In this document: positions 21,430 through 31,887 of the stretch, in pieces | How the letters are laid out: each line of letters begins with the position of its first letter | How positions within the stretch are numbered: the first letter of the stretch is position 1 | Source: Blastocladiella emersonii ATCC 22665 | Lineage: Eukaryota > Fungi > Blastocladiomycota | NCBI GenBank assembly: GCA_025594325.1 | Contig: JANHCV010000003.1 | Location: forward strand, 2,356,001-2,420,000 | Length of the DNA: 64,000 nt | Direction: 5' to 3' | Notes under the pieces: generated by a model | Told to the model about the DNA's origin: nothing | The model's input: the letters and a program-made list of their open reading frames with translations, nothing else | Databases searched by the model: none | Made by a program: the position numbers and the translations under genes

Positions 21430-22400
21430 CTTAGTTTCGTTTCCACGTCAAAAAAATGTATCCCTTTTCGTTTCTACTTCGCTTTTTGGCGTCCTTTGAG
21501 CGGGATCGGAACGGATCACGATGGCCATGACCATGGCCATCGTGCCAACCATGGCCGAATTGTTCATTCCTCGCGACCCAGCGATTTGTGGGTCGAAACG
21601 CACAATGGAGTTCTCCCAAGTTCTTCTCAAGATGGCCAAGGTTGTGCACAAGTATATTTCAATCGATTCAGAGAGCTGCTTCGTGATCTCGATGAAGGTG
21701 AGGATGTCGGAGCATAATTCGACGCAGAAACCAGGCAGTTGGGCGACTGATCTCGCGCACGCGTGAACTTGTCCACGGGGTCCGAGAGGTGGAAATGGCC
21801 GGCGATATCCATGCGGTCGAGGGTCCCAAGCCGCAGCTCGGATACGCTGCGGTTTGGGTACCGCCACGGGTACTCGACGCAGATGTTGGCCGTGGACGCG
21901 ACGCGCTGGACCGCGGGACCCATGCCGCGGGTCGGCGGAAGGTGGTTGTGAAGCTGGACCTCCACGAACTCGAGCCGGTTGCTCTCGCTCCCGCTGTCGA
22001 CGAGAACCTGGTCGAACATGCTTACGCCGTGATCGCGGCGCTACGAACACGTTGGGCGCGTCAGCGCGAGCGCGGGCGAGCGGGCGTCCAAGAAGAGGTC
22101 GTACCGGAAGCAGCTGTACGCGACCATGGACGTCTTGCGCGTGACGGCGTGTATGCAGAGGATCATGCGCGAGTACGAGTCGACGCCAGCGAACAAGTAC
22201 ACGCCGAAACTACGCGAGGGAGCGGACGTGGTCGTCAAAACAAGCTCGAGGCTCACGGCCGCGTGGTGTCTCCGCACTTCTCCGTGGAGGGTGGTGAGAC
22301 ACGTACTCAGATAGCGAATCGTTTGAGCTCCTCGGACGTCGCCTTGTCGTCGCAGCCATGGATAAACCATAGGTGCACGAACTCGTCCAAGGAAACGGGT
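21430..22400 (-). pseudogene. DDE integrase-core-like transposase remnant (IS3EU/Ginger2-like)
   Basis: FAGVDSYSRMIL (first Asp), VLVDSGSE (second Asp), VASTANICVEYPW (S-x-x-N-x-x-x-E-x-x-W), later LRRTWENSIVR; spread over shifted frames. Confidence 0.55.
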
Positions 22401-22470
22401 AGTGCATTCAGCTTCATGGCCGTGGTTTGCGGGGCTAGAAACGGGCGGCCGCGGTGACCGTCCCCTGATT

Positions 22471-22619
22471 TTTCGTCGCCGCCGACGCCGACGTTGATCG
22501 ACGAGCGTCAGCCGAGCTCATGTGACCGCGCGAGACAGCGGAGACGCGTTCATTTATCACGTGGTGGTGTGGCGCACGGACGCGAAGTGCGATCTGCAAA
22601 AGCGCGATGCGGTGGCGGG
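22471..22619. repeat. 149-bp inverted repeat, right copy
   Basis: Reverse complement of 20269-20417. Confidence 0.93.
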
Positions 22620-22896
22620 TGGTGGCGGGGCTTGAGCCGCCATATGGTGGCGGGGCTTGAGCCGCCATATGCAACGCGCTCCGCTCGCCCTTGAGTGGTT
22701 GGCGCCGCGCGCCGCTTCCGCGGGTTAGGCCGAGGCCGATCACGTGCAAGGCCAGGACGCGTTGCGCCACAGCGGTCAGATGACAAACGACGCGTCTGTC
22801 ACGCGTTATCGGGTCGCTCACGTGGATCACGCTCACGTGAGCGTCGGCACCCTATCCGGCGGCGACCCGGTCTAGAAAGAGGGCTTTAGCCCTCGA

Positions 22897-24748
22897 TAAA
22901 GAGCGCAAGTCGCTCGGCTCAGCCATCAAGGCCGTCTGGCGCCGCGCGACCTCGCGCTTCTCGGCCCGAGCTGCTGCCAGCGATACGACTCCGATACCTT
23001 TCAGCAGCTCTGTAACTTTGACGGAAGATCGTCATGTCGAGCGATCTACCTACGCAATGAAACGGAGCGCAAGCGTGATCAATACTCGTGTGGGAATGGC
23101 ATTCGAGGATCTCTCGTCATTCTCGCCACTCGATCTCGATGAAACTGTTTCCAACTTTGCTCATGACCCAACTATCGGCCAGTTACATCTCATCTCGCTC
23201 ATTGACGACGTCCTCTTGGCCGTCCTCGGATACTTGGTCCCGCCGCAGCTTTCCGACCAGATCACAATGACTCGCATACCCCAAGATTTGTACGAGTTTT
23301 CGAGAACCTGCCGCCAGGCTTACCGTCTCGCTCGTGATGTCTTCGATGCGCGCCGCACCCTTGTGCTCTACGGTTCTCCACGCAGCGACGCAGCGTCCGG
23401 CTCCCCTCTGACTATTGCGTTCAGCACTCGCGCAAACGATTTCGCAACCCGCGCTTTGACTCACGGCAACGATCGCTCCCTCCGCGCTCGAACGCTTGTC
23501 CTCAACGTCGGCGCAGCGGTCTTCTTTGACTCAATCTGCTTGGTGGAGGTGGACCCCTTTGTGGCTTGTGGGGTCCGCCATTTGATTGTGCGCCTCGACG
23601 CCCGCTCGCCGGGTCTATCGAGTAAGGGTTTTGGTAATGCCCTTGGCCGAGCGTTGCACCGAATGCTCGCAGCGGGCCACATTCTTTCCCCTCCGTCTTT
23701 GACCGTTCACGTGCTCAACGGCATCTCACCTCTAGCAAGAAAGCTGGTGCTCGATGGTATCTTCACGCACGCGCCATCGCTTGTTCCAAGCTCCTTTGCG
23801 CTCGAAACTCACACGCTGGGACAGTTCAGTGAGCAATATCTCAAAGCGTGGTTGCTCCAGCTTGACTTGCCAAACTTCCGCCGCACTTCCCAAATGTCAC
23901 TCACGGCCGATTCCATGACCGCGCTCGAGCTCGCCTTTTTCCTCGGGCTTCCGCGGCTTTCTTGCCTTGAAGTAGCGATCGGCTCCTCTTGTGCAAGTAC
24001 CAGCAAAACGTTTGAATCTGCTGCCAGAATTCTAAAGACTCGCGCGTTGTCCCGCTTTCAGCTCAAGACTTTGACGTCTACCAGCACCGCTGACGAGTTC
24101 TCTAGCGAGTGGTTCACCATCCTTGCAAAGATTCAGCCGGCAACGCTTGTTCTTGATATGACTGGGTGGGGTTCGCTGCAGCTCATTACTCTGCTCGCGA
24201 CCATCGGTCATTCCCAGCTTCGGCATATTGAGCTAAAGTGGTCCAGCCACAGGATCAGAGTGTTTGACGTGCTTGCAGTCATCCCACCTTCGGCCGATTC
24301 TCTCAAGTGCAGGGGGAAAGAAGTCTTATTGTCCCCAGAAAACCTTCACGCCCAAGCTTATGCTCCCTTCGTCACTCCGTGCAATCTCACCAGGCTGGAC
24401 ATTGGCGCCAGTTCCTGGCTCGCAATTTGCGAATCCGGTTCGATCGTGCTGCTCCCGCGTCTTCAGCAAATCCGTGTCTCGGAGAAGCGGTCCGAGCTGA
24501 CTCGAATCACCCGCATCCTTGGTACTATCGAGCAGGGTGCATCCGGCGTTCACTTGACGCGCTTTGAACTTCGGTATGCGTGCGGAGCTTGGGAGTATGC
24601 CGTCCGCGCCAACTACGCCTTGAACCGATGGACCAACCAGTTTCACGCAGCGCATCCCGATTGGACGTCCAGGGGAATGGTCGATCGCGAGTCGTTTGCG
24701 CGCGGGGAACATGTCAACATCCTGGCCGTGTCGAAGCGCATGCCGTGA
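22897..24748 (+). pseudogene. Duplicate of F2 (F2'), separated from its first six codons (14202-14218) by the Helitron-like insertion
   Basis: Translation identical to F2 from KERKSL onward; first downstream in-frame ATG is at 23057. Confidence 0.85.
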
Positions 24749-25104
24749 TGTTGTTTGAATGTGACTTGAATAGACTCCTCCTTGCTCATCCGCGAGCTTG
24801 AGCGAGCGAAGGTGGTGGCAACGCGCGAGAAACGCGAGACACGCGAGACGCGTTTTGAAATCACGTTTTCTGACCACGCGGGCCGCGTGCGTGACGGAGA
24901 GTGACTGAGGATGACGCGGTGATCGGTCGAAAACGCCACCGCCACCGGCCGCCCCCGCACGCGCGTGCTGCTGCAGCCTTGCTCAACGCGCATCGATCGT
25001 GACACACACACGAATCCGACGCGTCGCGAAATCGCGCGTACGTTCAGCGTTCGAAGCGAAGCGTAACCTTGGGCGACCGGGTCCTCGTTCGACCCGAGGA
25101 CGAG

Positions 25105-25110
25105 TATAAA
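25105..25110 (+). promoter_or_regulatory. Candidate TATA box of USP copy 2 (mirror at 7104-7109 for copy 1)
   Basis: TATAAA about 95 bp upstream of the ATG in an otherwise GC-rich context. Confidence 0.45.
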
Positions 25111-25201
25111 GACCGCAACGGCCCCGTCCCTTCCTCCTCGCTGATCCCCATCAACTTGCACACTCTTGCAACGCAACCACCACCCAACCCAACCATCAAC
25201 C

Positions 25202-25933
25202 ATGAACACTGTCGACACCATCGAGCACACCACGTCGGTCCTGGCCGCGGTCCAGATCGCCGAGGAGGACCGCCCCGTCCCGACCGAGACGACGGGCACG
25301 GCCACGGCCACGACGCCGCAGCGCACGGTGCTGCTGCCGCTCGACGACTCCAAGCACACCGACTACACGGTGCAGTGGGCCAAGAAGAACTTTTTGACGG
25401 CGACCGACCGCGTGGTGCTCGTCACGGTGCGCCCGACGCCGTCGTATTTCAGCAACGACATGGGCGCCGAGATGCAGGCGTCGGTGCACTCGGCCGACGA
25501 CGCGGCGCGCGACCGCGCGTTTGAGCTGGTCCGGTCGTACGCCAAGGTGATCATGCACCCGGCGGCCGATGGCGGCGTGGTCCCCGCGGCCGTCGAGGCG
25601 TTTGCGATGCGCGGCGACGCGCGCGAGGCGCTGCTGCGCAAGGCGGGCGAGGTCGGCGCCGACGTGATCGTCATGGGCTCGCGCGGGCTCGGCGCCATCA
25701 AGCGCACGCTGCTCGGGTCGGTCTCGTCGTACCTGGCGCAGAACGCGAGCTGCCCCGTCATCATCGTGCGCGACACGGACAAGTTCCACGCGGCCGAGGC
25801 CGAGGCCGAGAAGGCGGGCGGCGACCACGCCAAGCTGTACGCCAAGCCGACCAAGCAGTCGGGCATGGCCAAGGCCGTCAGCGGCAACAACACGCTCAAC
25901 AACGGCGCCGACACCCGCGTCGTCCTCATGTAA
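25202..25933 (+). CDS. Universal stress protein (UspA domain), copy 2
   Basis: Translation identical to 6281-7012. Confidence 0.93.
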   Translation: MNTVDTIEHTTSVLAAVQIAEEDRPVPTETTGTATATTPQRTVLLPLDDSKHTDYTVQWAKKNFLTATDRVVLVTVRPTPSYFSNDMGAEMQASVHSADDAARDRAFELVRSYAKVIMHPAADGGVVPAAVEAFAMRGDAREALLRKAGEVGADVIVMGSRGLGAIKRTLLGSVSSYLAQNASCPVIIVRDTDKFHAAEAEAEKAGGDHAKLYAKPTKQSGMAKAVSGNNTLNNGADTRVVLM

Positions 25934-26169
25934 CCTTCCTCTTCCCTCTTCTCTCTGGTGTGTCTTTTCCCCTCAAGGTGATCCTATAAATCCCCCAATT
26001 TTGTGTGTCCTCGTCGCTGTCCTGCTCGCGTTGTTGATCGGCACGTGTGCTGCCGACTTGAGATAGCGCGACCAGGGGTGCTGGCGCGACCTGCATCACC
26101 TCGCTCGCACCGTCAACAACTTTCCCTCTCCTCCACACAACGCAGCACCCCTTGCAACGTATCAATACC

Positions 26170-27039
26170 ATGCTCAACACTCTCGGCAAATCGCTCGCGG
26201 GGCTGACCGCCGCCGGCGCGCTGTCGCTCGGCTATATTTCGCAGCGGACGCCGCAGATCGGCGTCCCGACCCCCTCCCTCCTCGCCTCGGAGCCGACCGC
26301 CAAGGCGCACGCCGACGCCTTTGCCCTTTCAACGTCCCTCCCGCACGGCGTGTCGATTGACGCCTTCGCCTCGGCGTTCGAGCGCTCGCCCATCTTCCGC
26401 CTCGAGCAGCGCATCCTGCAGTCGGCGGGCCGCGCGCCGCACGGCGTCCCTACCCCGGCCTCCGCAGGCGCCGCGCGGTTCCGGTCGGGCCAGCGCATGG
26501 GCGCGCTGTGGACGGTCGCGGGCAAGGACGAGCCCGCGCGCGAGATCCTGTTCGCCTGGCACGACGCCAAGACGGGCGTGCGCGGGAGTACCTGGCTGCG
26601 GATCGCGGCGGGTGAGCCGAAGCCGGCAACCACACCCACCCCCGCTGTGTCGACGAACGCACACCTGAACAACGTCAAGGACGTGGCGCGGGCGGCCACT
26701 GCGGCGCTCGCGCCGGACTCGGTGGTGCTGCAGTTCGGGTCATCGATCGACGTCTCGCCCGTGCTCCCCGGCGCGCAGATGCCGTCGTACGCGGTCGTCG
26801 CACACGCGCTGTACTCGCGCGTCCTGCTGATGAACGCGGCGCTGCAGCTGTGGTGGGACCTGCGCAAGACGGTCCAGCCGGGCCCTGCCGTCGCCAAGGC
26901 CGCCGTGTCGTCGATCGCGGGCGCCGCTGGGATCCCGCTCCCGCCGCAGATCACGGGCGGCGCGCCAGCGGGCCCGACGCCCACGGCCAACGCACCCAGC
27001 TCGTCCCCGTCCCCGTCCCCGTCACCGTCGTCGCACTAG
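26170..27039 (+). CDS. Hypothetical protein
   Basis: About 290-aa intronless ORF with GC3-rich codons and a globular-looking core (FERSPIFRLEQRIL...EILFAW...LQFGSSI...HALYSRVLL); no family recognised. Confidence 0.65.
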   Translation: MLNTLGKSLAGLTAAGALSLGYISQRTPQIGVPTPSLLASEPTAKAHADAFALSTSLPHGVSIDAFASAFERSPIFRLEQRILQSAGRAPHGVPTPASAGAARFRSGQRMGALWTVAGKDEPAREILFAWHDAKTGVRGSTWLRIAAGEPKPATTPTPAVSTNAHLNNVKDVARAATAALAPDSVVLQFGSSIDVSPVLPGAQMPSYAVVAHALYSRVLLMNAALQLWWDLRKTVQPGPAVAKAAVSSIAGAAGIPLPPQITGGAPAGPTPTANAPSSSPSPSPSPSSH

Positions 27040-27100
27040 GTTGGAGTGGGAGAAAGGAATGTAATCATAGTGCAAAAAAGTGGGTCTGTCTCGTTTGTCC

Positions 27101-28811
27101 TCAACCGTGCGTCCGCCGCTGCGCAACGAGGTCGCGGCACTCGCGGTCCATGGTGTCGAGCGACGCGTCCGACAGCGCGGCCTGGCCCGCGGCGGCGGCG
27201 CGCATGCGCTTGTACCGCACGCACTGTTCGGCGCGGTACGCGTTGTAGAGGTGGTGGTTGAACTTGCGCTACACACAGCCGCAGTCAGTCATCGTCCCCG
27301 CCGCGCGAGCGCCGCCTCACATACCTCGTTGGCGCGCGTCGTGGCCGGGTAGTCGTGGTCCTGGTGGATCAGCCAGTCGTCGGGGAGGACCGCGAACTCG
27401 ACGCCCGACAGGTACACCTCGTAGAGGCACGCGGCCTTGTTGGCGCCGTACCCGACGAACCGCTCGTCGCACCACGCCGCGAGGTCGCGCCGCATCACCA
27501 CGTACGGCTCGTAGTGCACGCTGTACTTGTCGTCGGGCACCGGGTACACGGCGGCCGCGCGGTCCGCGTCCGTCGCGACCGAAATGTTGAGCCACGAAGG
27601 GTACAGCGTCGGCCCGTGGCCCGGCCACCAGCTCGCGTGGAACATGGCCAACTCGCCGCGGCGCACCGCGCGGACCAGGTCGGGCTTCGTTGTCGGGAAC
27701 TCGGACGCGGGTACGATCCTCGTCTCGTTCATCTCGGCGTTGTGGTCGAACACGTACTCGAACGCCGGCACCACGTACACCTTGCGTCCCGCGAGCACGG
27801 GCTCGAGGAGCGCGGGGTTCCCGCGGACGTGCGCGCGCAGGTCCGTGCACAGGGCGAAATCGACGTCAACCTGCATGACGAGCTCGCTGCGCGCGAATAC
27901 GCGGGCCACGTTGCGCCAGTAGTTGAGCTGCCGCGGGTGCGGGTCGACGACGAGGTGCAGGTCGACGCGCTCGGCGATGTTGCGGTCCGCGGCGCGCAGC
28001 TCGAGGAGCGACGTCAGCACCGAGCCCGTGGTCGCGCGGTCCGTCGAGTCTAGGTACAGCGTCACCGAGACCGGGCCCGGGTACGTGGCGGCCAGCGCTT
28101 GTAGCCGCGGGATCCGCTCGGGCGTGATCATGGTCGCGATTGTGATGTCGTCGTGCGCCACGGGAGAGGATGCGCGGAGCAGGTACGGGCGCAGGTCCGA
28201 GGGTTTCAGGATGCCCTGGAACATCTTGCCCAGGACGAGCGACGGCGGGAGCTCGGCGAGGTAGCCGCCTACACGGAGGGCCGGGTGTGAGCGGACAGGT
28301 ATTGAGAGGTGAGGTGCGGAGCCGTACCGATCAGGCCCGCGTGCTGGCCGAGGTGCTTCTGGACCGCATCCGGCATCTCGCTCAACGGCACCTTGGCCGC
28401 CGCGTCGTGCTCGACGACGGGACCTGCCGTGTCGTTGGACGCCAGCGACGGGTCCTGGCCGAACAGCGGCGAGCGCGGGGGCGGCAGCGATCCGAACCGC
28501 GACATCGCCTCGGCCGCCGCGAGTCCCGTGTCGGCGACCGCGTCACCGGTCCGGCCGATGATCCGTGACGCAGTGCCCGAGGGTAGCGACGCCGGCGGTG
28601 CGATCTCGTCGCCCGCGGGTCCGCGCAGGGCGGGGAGGACCATCCACACGAGGATGACAAAGAACTGGACGGCGCAGAGCCAGCGCAGCGTGCGCACGTC
28701 GCGGAACATGGAGCGCGCCGGCAGGATGAGCGGCGCGGACTTGAGCGGCGGCGGCACGGACCCGCCGTGCCAGCTGCTGGTCCGCATGCGGAGGTGCCCG
28801 GCGCCGTGCAT
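27101..28811 (-). CDS. Glycosyltransferase family 49 (LARGE/B4GAT1-like), type II membrane protein, 3 exons
   Basis: N-terminal TM (WLCAVQFFVILVWMVL); DITIATMIT, GPVSVTLY, NYWRNVAR, DVDF (DxD), VVPAFE, HYEPYVV, ERFVGYGANKAAC, VLPDDWLIHQDH. Confidence 0.85.
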
Positions 28812-29083
28812 TGCAGAGTTGAGTGCGTGGGTGGGGTATCAAATGGCTTCTCGGTGGGTGGAGAGCGCTAGCAGGGCGGGCTTCTCGAACGCGCGCGGAA
28901 AACAAGCAGCAGCAACGCTCGACGCGTCGTGCGGCGCGGTCAGCCCGCCTCACCTGACGCTGGCGGCGAGCGGGGAACCTTGAGCGCTGTGCCACACGCG
29001 GATGCTCGCTTCTCCTCCACGCAAACCACTCTACGCAACGCAACGCAATAAACCACGCATCGACACTTGACGCAAACACCATC

Positions 29084-29696
29084 ATGAGCAGTAACACGGT
29101 CTCGCGGATGGGCGCCGCCGAGTCGAGCGCGGTCCACGGCTCGCGCACCCTGGTCCTCGACCCGACGGCGACGGGCGAGGTCCCGCCCACGGGCGACGAG
29201 GGCCATGTTGAGGAAGAGGATGACGGCGTCGTCGGCGTCATCCCGCTCACGGGCGCGCGGCTCGCCGGCGGGCCCGGCCGCATCCAGTGGGACGAGTCGG
29301 TCGTCGATAACGAGGGCATGGGCAAGAAGAGCAGCAAGAGTGCGTTGCTCCCCTCGCTTCCCGCGGGATGTGACTGCGTGCTGACGCCATCCGCGCGTAG
29401 TCTGCTGCATCTTCCGCAAGCAGCGGAGCTGGGACGAGTCGGACTCGGACTCGTCCGAGTTCTCGTCCGACGACGACGATAGCAGCGACGAGGACGGCGA
29501 CAAGGACAGCGGCCACGGCCACGAGCACGGCCATGGGTGCAACCACGGCCACGGCGGGCACCGTCATCGCCACCACAAGTCCCCCGGCCCAAACGCGTAC
29601 GAGCGCCAGCCAAAGTACAAGAAGCGGCCCGGACCACCCGCGCCCGCCGGCCCATCGGGACCGAGCGGTGGCGGCGGGAGCGGCGCCCCGGCCTAG
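29084..29696 (+). CDS. YPI1: Protein phosphatase 1 inhibitor-3 (Ypi1/PPP1R11), 2 exons
   Basis: RIQWDESVVDNEGMGKKSSK|ICCIFRK (RVxW plus the family signature), acidic tract, NAYERQPK. Confidence 0.93.
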
Positions 29697-29787
29697 TCGT
29701 CGAGCGGCGGGTTCGCGCACGCGCGCGCGCCCTGTACAGATTTACCAACTATATATATATTATTCGCACCGCCGCATACGGGTTTGG

Positions 29788-31356
29788 TCACGCGAGTTGA
29801 GTCTACCAGGTGCGAGGTTAGCTGGAAGTCGCACGACCATGCGGCGAGAGAAGAACGGACCATCTCGAGGTTCAGCTTGATCACAATCTTGTTGATGGTG
29901 GCCAGCAGCACGCGCACCTGCTTGGTATCCGTCGCGCACGTGTTGTGCACGTACAGCTTGCGCTCGCGCTTGCGGTTCAGGTAGTAGAACTTCTTGGCCC
30001 TGCACGTCCGCACTCGTGGTGAGCCTCGAGCTTCACCGAACCCAGCCCCGCGAACACGTACAGGAATTTGAGCACATGCTCGATCCTGTCCTCTTTGGGC
30101 GGCGCCGGCGCAAAGTCGGGGAAGTGCGCCGCAAACGCGGCCGGATCGAACTTCGTCTTGAGCAGGTCGATCTTGTTGAGGAACAGGATGATGGCCACCT
30201 TCTCGAGCAACGTGTTGTTCACCACCGAGTCGAATACCATCATGCTTTCGAGCAACCGGTTCGTCGTCGGGTCCTCGGCCAGCACCTGGTCGTACGACGA
30301 CGTCGACACCACAAACAGGATCCTACACGTCGCGTCGAGGGTGAGACCGCATTCCGGATGGCCGACCTCGGTGCACGTACGCGTTGGCGTCGTCAAAAAA
30401 CGGGATCTACACAAACACTACAAGTCAGTTCGCATCCCCCAAAGACCCATGGTTGCGCCGTCGCGTACCCACGCGTGCCGCTCGCTCCGCGACCCGGGCA
30501 CGTCGTACACCTTGTAGTTGAGCCCGTGCATCTGCAGCCGCGTCTCGCTGCACGCCAGCGTCTCCTGGCGCGCGTGGATGATGTCGTCGTTGGTGATCTC
30601 GCACGCCGGCGACATGAGGCGCGTGATGTGCTCGAACAGGCTACATGTGGCGAGGTTAGTCGCGTGCTTTGGGGAGGGCGGATGGCGAACGCACTAGTCG
30701 ATGGCATCGAGCACGCCGCCAAACTCGTGCCGCCGGTCGAACGCGACCTGCAGCGCCGGATCCTTGGCGAGCGCGACCACGGCCGCGACCCACTCGTCGG
30801 GCAGCGTCGGTGGCGGCTTGCGGTACGTCGACTCGGGCAGGGCGAGCAGCAGGTCGGCGTGGGGCTACACGGGAGCACGGTGGGCGAGTCAGTCGACGCG
30901 GGGATCATCGGTAGCAGAAGCGAACGTACACTGCTCTCGGCCGGATTCTCGAGCGCGAGCCCAATCGACTTCATCCCGTGGAGCAGCTCGCACACGCAGC
31001 GCACGATGTTGCCCTGCAGCACGCGACGCCACTCGCTCGTCTCGTAGTCGTTGAGGTGCCCGTTCGAGATGAGCTTCATCTGCTTCCTACAGGGTCGTCG
31101 CGCGCGCGCGTTAGTTGCCGGTCATCGTGGAACCGAGTCGGAGTGGAACGTACAACACGGTCGACTTGCCGCTCTCGGACGTCCCTAGAAACCGTCCGAG
31201 TGGTCAGCACCGGTCAAGAGTCCCGCGGCGCGCGCCGCGCAACGTACCGAGCAGCAAGATGCGGCGCGTGTCGCCCGTTGACTTGGCCTCATCGCGGAGC
31301 TGCTTGTCGATCTCGGCCGACCGCTTGCGCTCCTCGGCGGAGCCCCGGCTGAACAT
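29788..31356 (-). CDS. Heterotrimeric G-protein alpha subunit, divergent, multi-exon
   Basis: RSAEIDKQL, ILLLGTSESGKSTVLKQMKLI, DDIIHARQET, YDVPGSRSERHAW, IILFLNKIDLL, TCATDT; the start codon is uncertain. Confidence 0.9.
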
Positions 31357-31654
31357 GGCGACGAGCCGGCGCACGGGGGTCCCCGGGCGGCTGCGGTTCT
31401 CGGCGTTGGTCGGGGTGGAGGAGCCGGGCGAGTAGGGCGCGAGGGCCTCGGTCGAGACCAGCAAGGAGGCGCGCGAGCCTTCGGCTTCGGGGGCAACGAC
31501 AGCCAGGTCGGCTTCGCTGCTGTGCTGCGACGACGACAGCTTGGGCGACGGGGGTGGGGGCGCGAGGGGACGTTGTAGCGGGTGAGCCGACGCGGATCAG
31601 CTCAGCTCGAGTGCAAGTGATGATTCATGAGCGCCGAGCAGGAGGAGCAGCGTG

Positions 31655-31729
31655 GAGCGCGAGCGGAAAAGTTGAGGAGGAGGGAGGGAGCGCGAGCGGA
31701 AAAGTTGAGGAGGAGGGAGGGAGCGCGAG
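31655..31729. repeat. 33-bp tandem repeat, about 2.3 copies
   Basis: GAGCGCGAGCGGAAAAGTTGAGGAGGAGGGAGG at 31655 and 31688, partial third copy at 31721. Confidence 0.85.
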
Positions 31730-31887
31730 ATGAGGCCGGTTCCGGCCAGCCGGCACGTCGCGCGTGGCCAGCACAGAGCACGCGGGAGACATGGCCGGGC
31801 CGCGTCCGTCTCCCAGCTGCCCGCACCCGGTTGCGGAACTGGAGACAAAGGGAGCGGATCTCGGATGTAGACGTATATATATTTGGA

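Larger units (their letters stand above)
14219..22896 (-). mobile_element. Helitron2/Helentron-like rolling-circle element, defective
   Basis: Empty site known from the left arm; inserted between A and T; begins TC on the minus strand. Asymmetric inverted repeat TCGAGGGCTAAAGCCC at 14260-14275 and 22881-22896; hairpins at both ends; PIF1-like helicase remnant inside. Confidence 0.8.
14042..25933. repeat. Right arm of the inverted duplication (14042-14218 plus 22897-25933), interrupted by an 8678-bp insertion
   Basis: ATGGAGCGGATGAAAGA ends at 14218 and the F2 sequence resumes as TAAAGAGCGCAAG at 22897. Confidence 0.95.

Noticed and set aside
20418-22669. TATGG...CCATA as possible IS3EU-type termini
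   Set aside because: Only 5 bp match between the ends and no 6-bp TSD.
14217-22897. GAT as a 3-bp TSD of a cut-and-paste (CACTA/PIF-type) element
   Set aside because: No symmetric TIRs at those ends; ATIRs, hairpins and the helicase fit a Helitron-type A|T insertion better. Retained only as an alternative.
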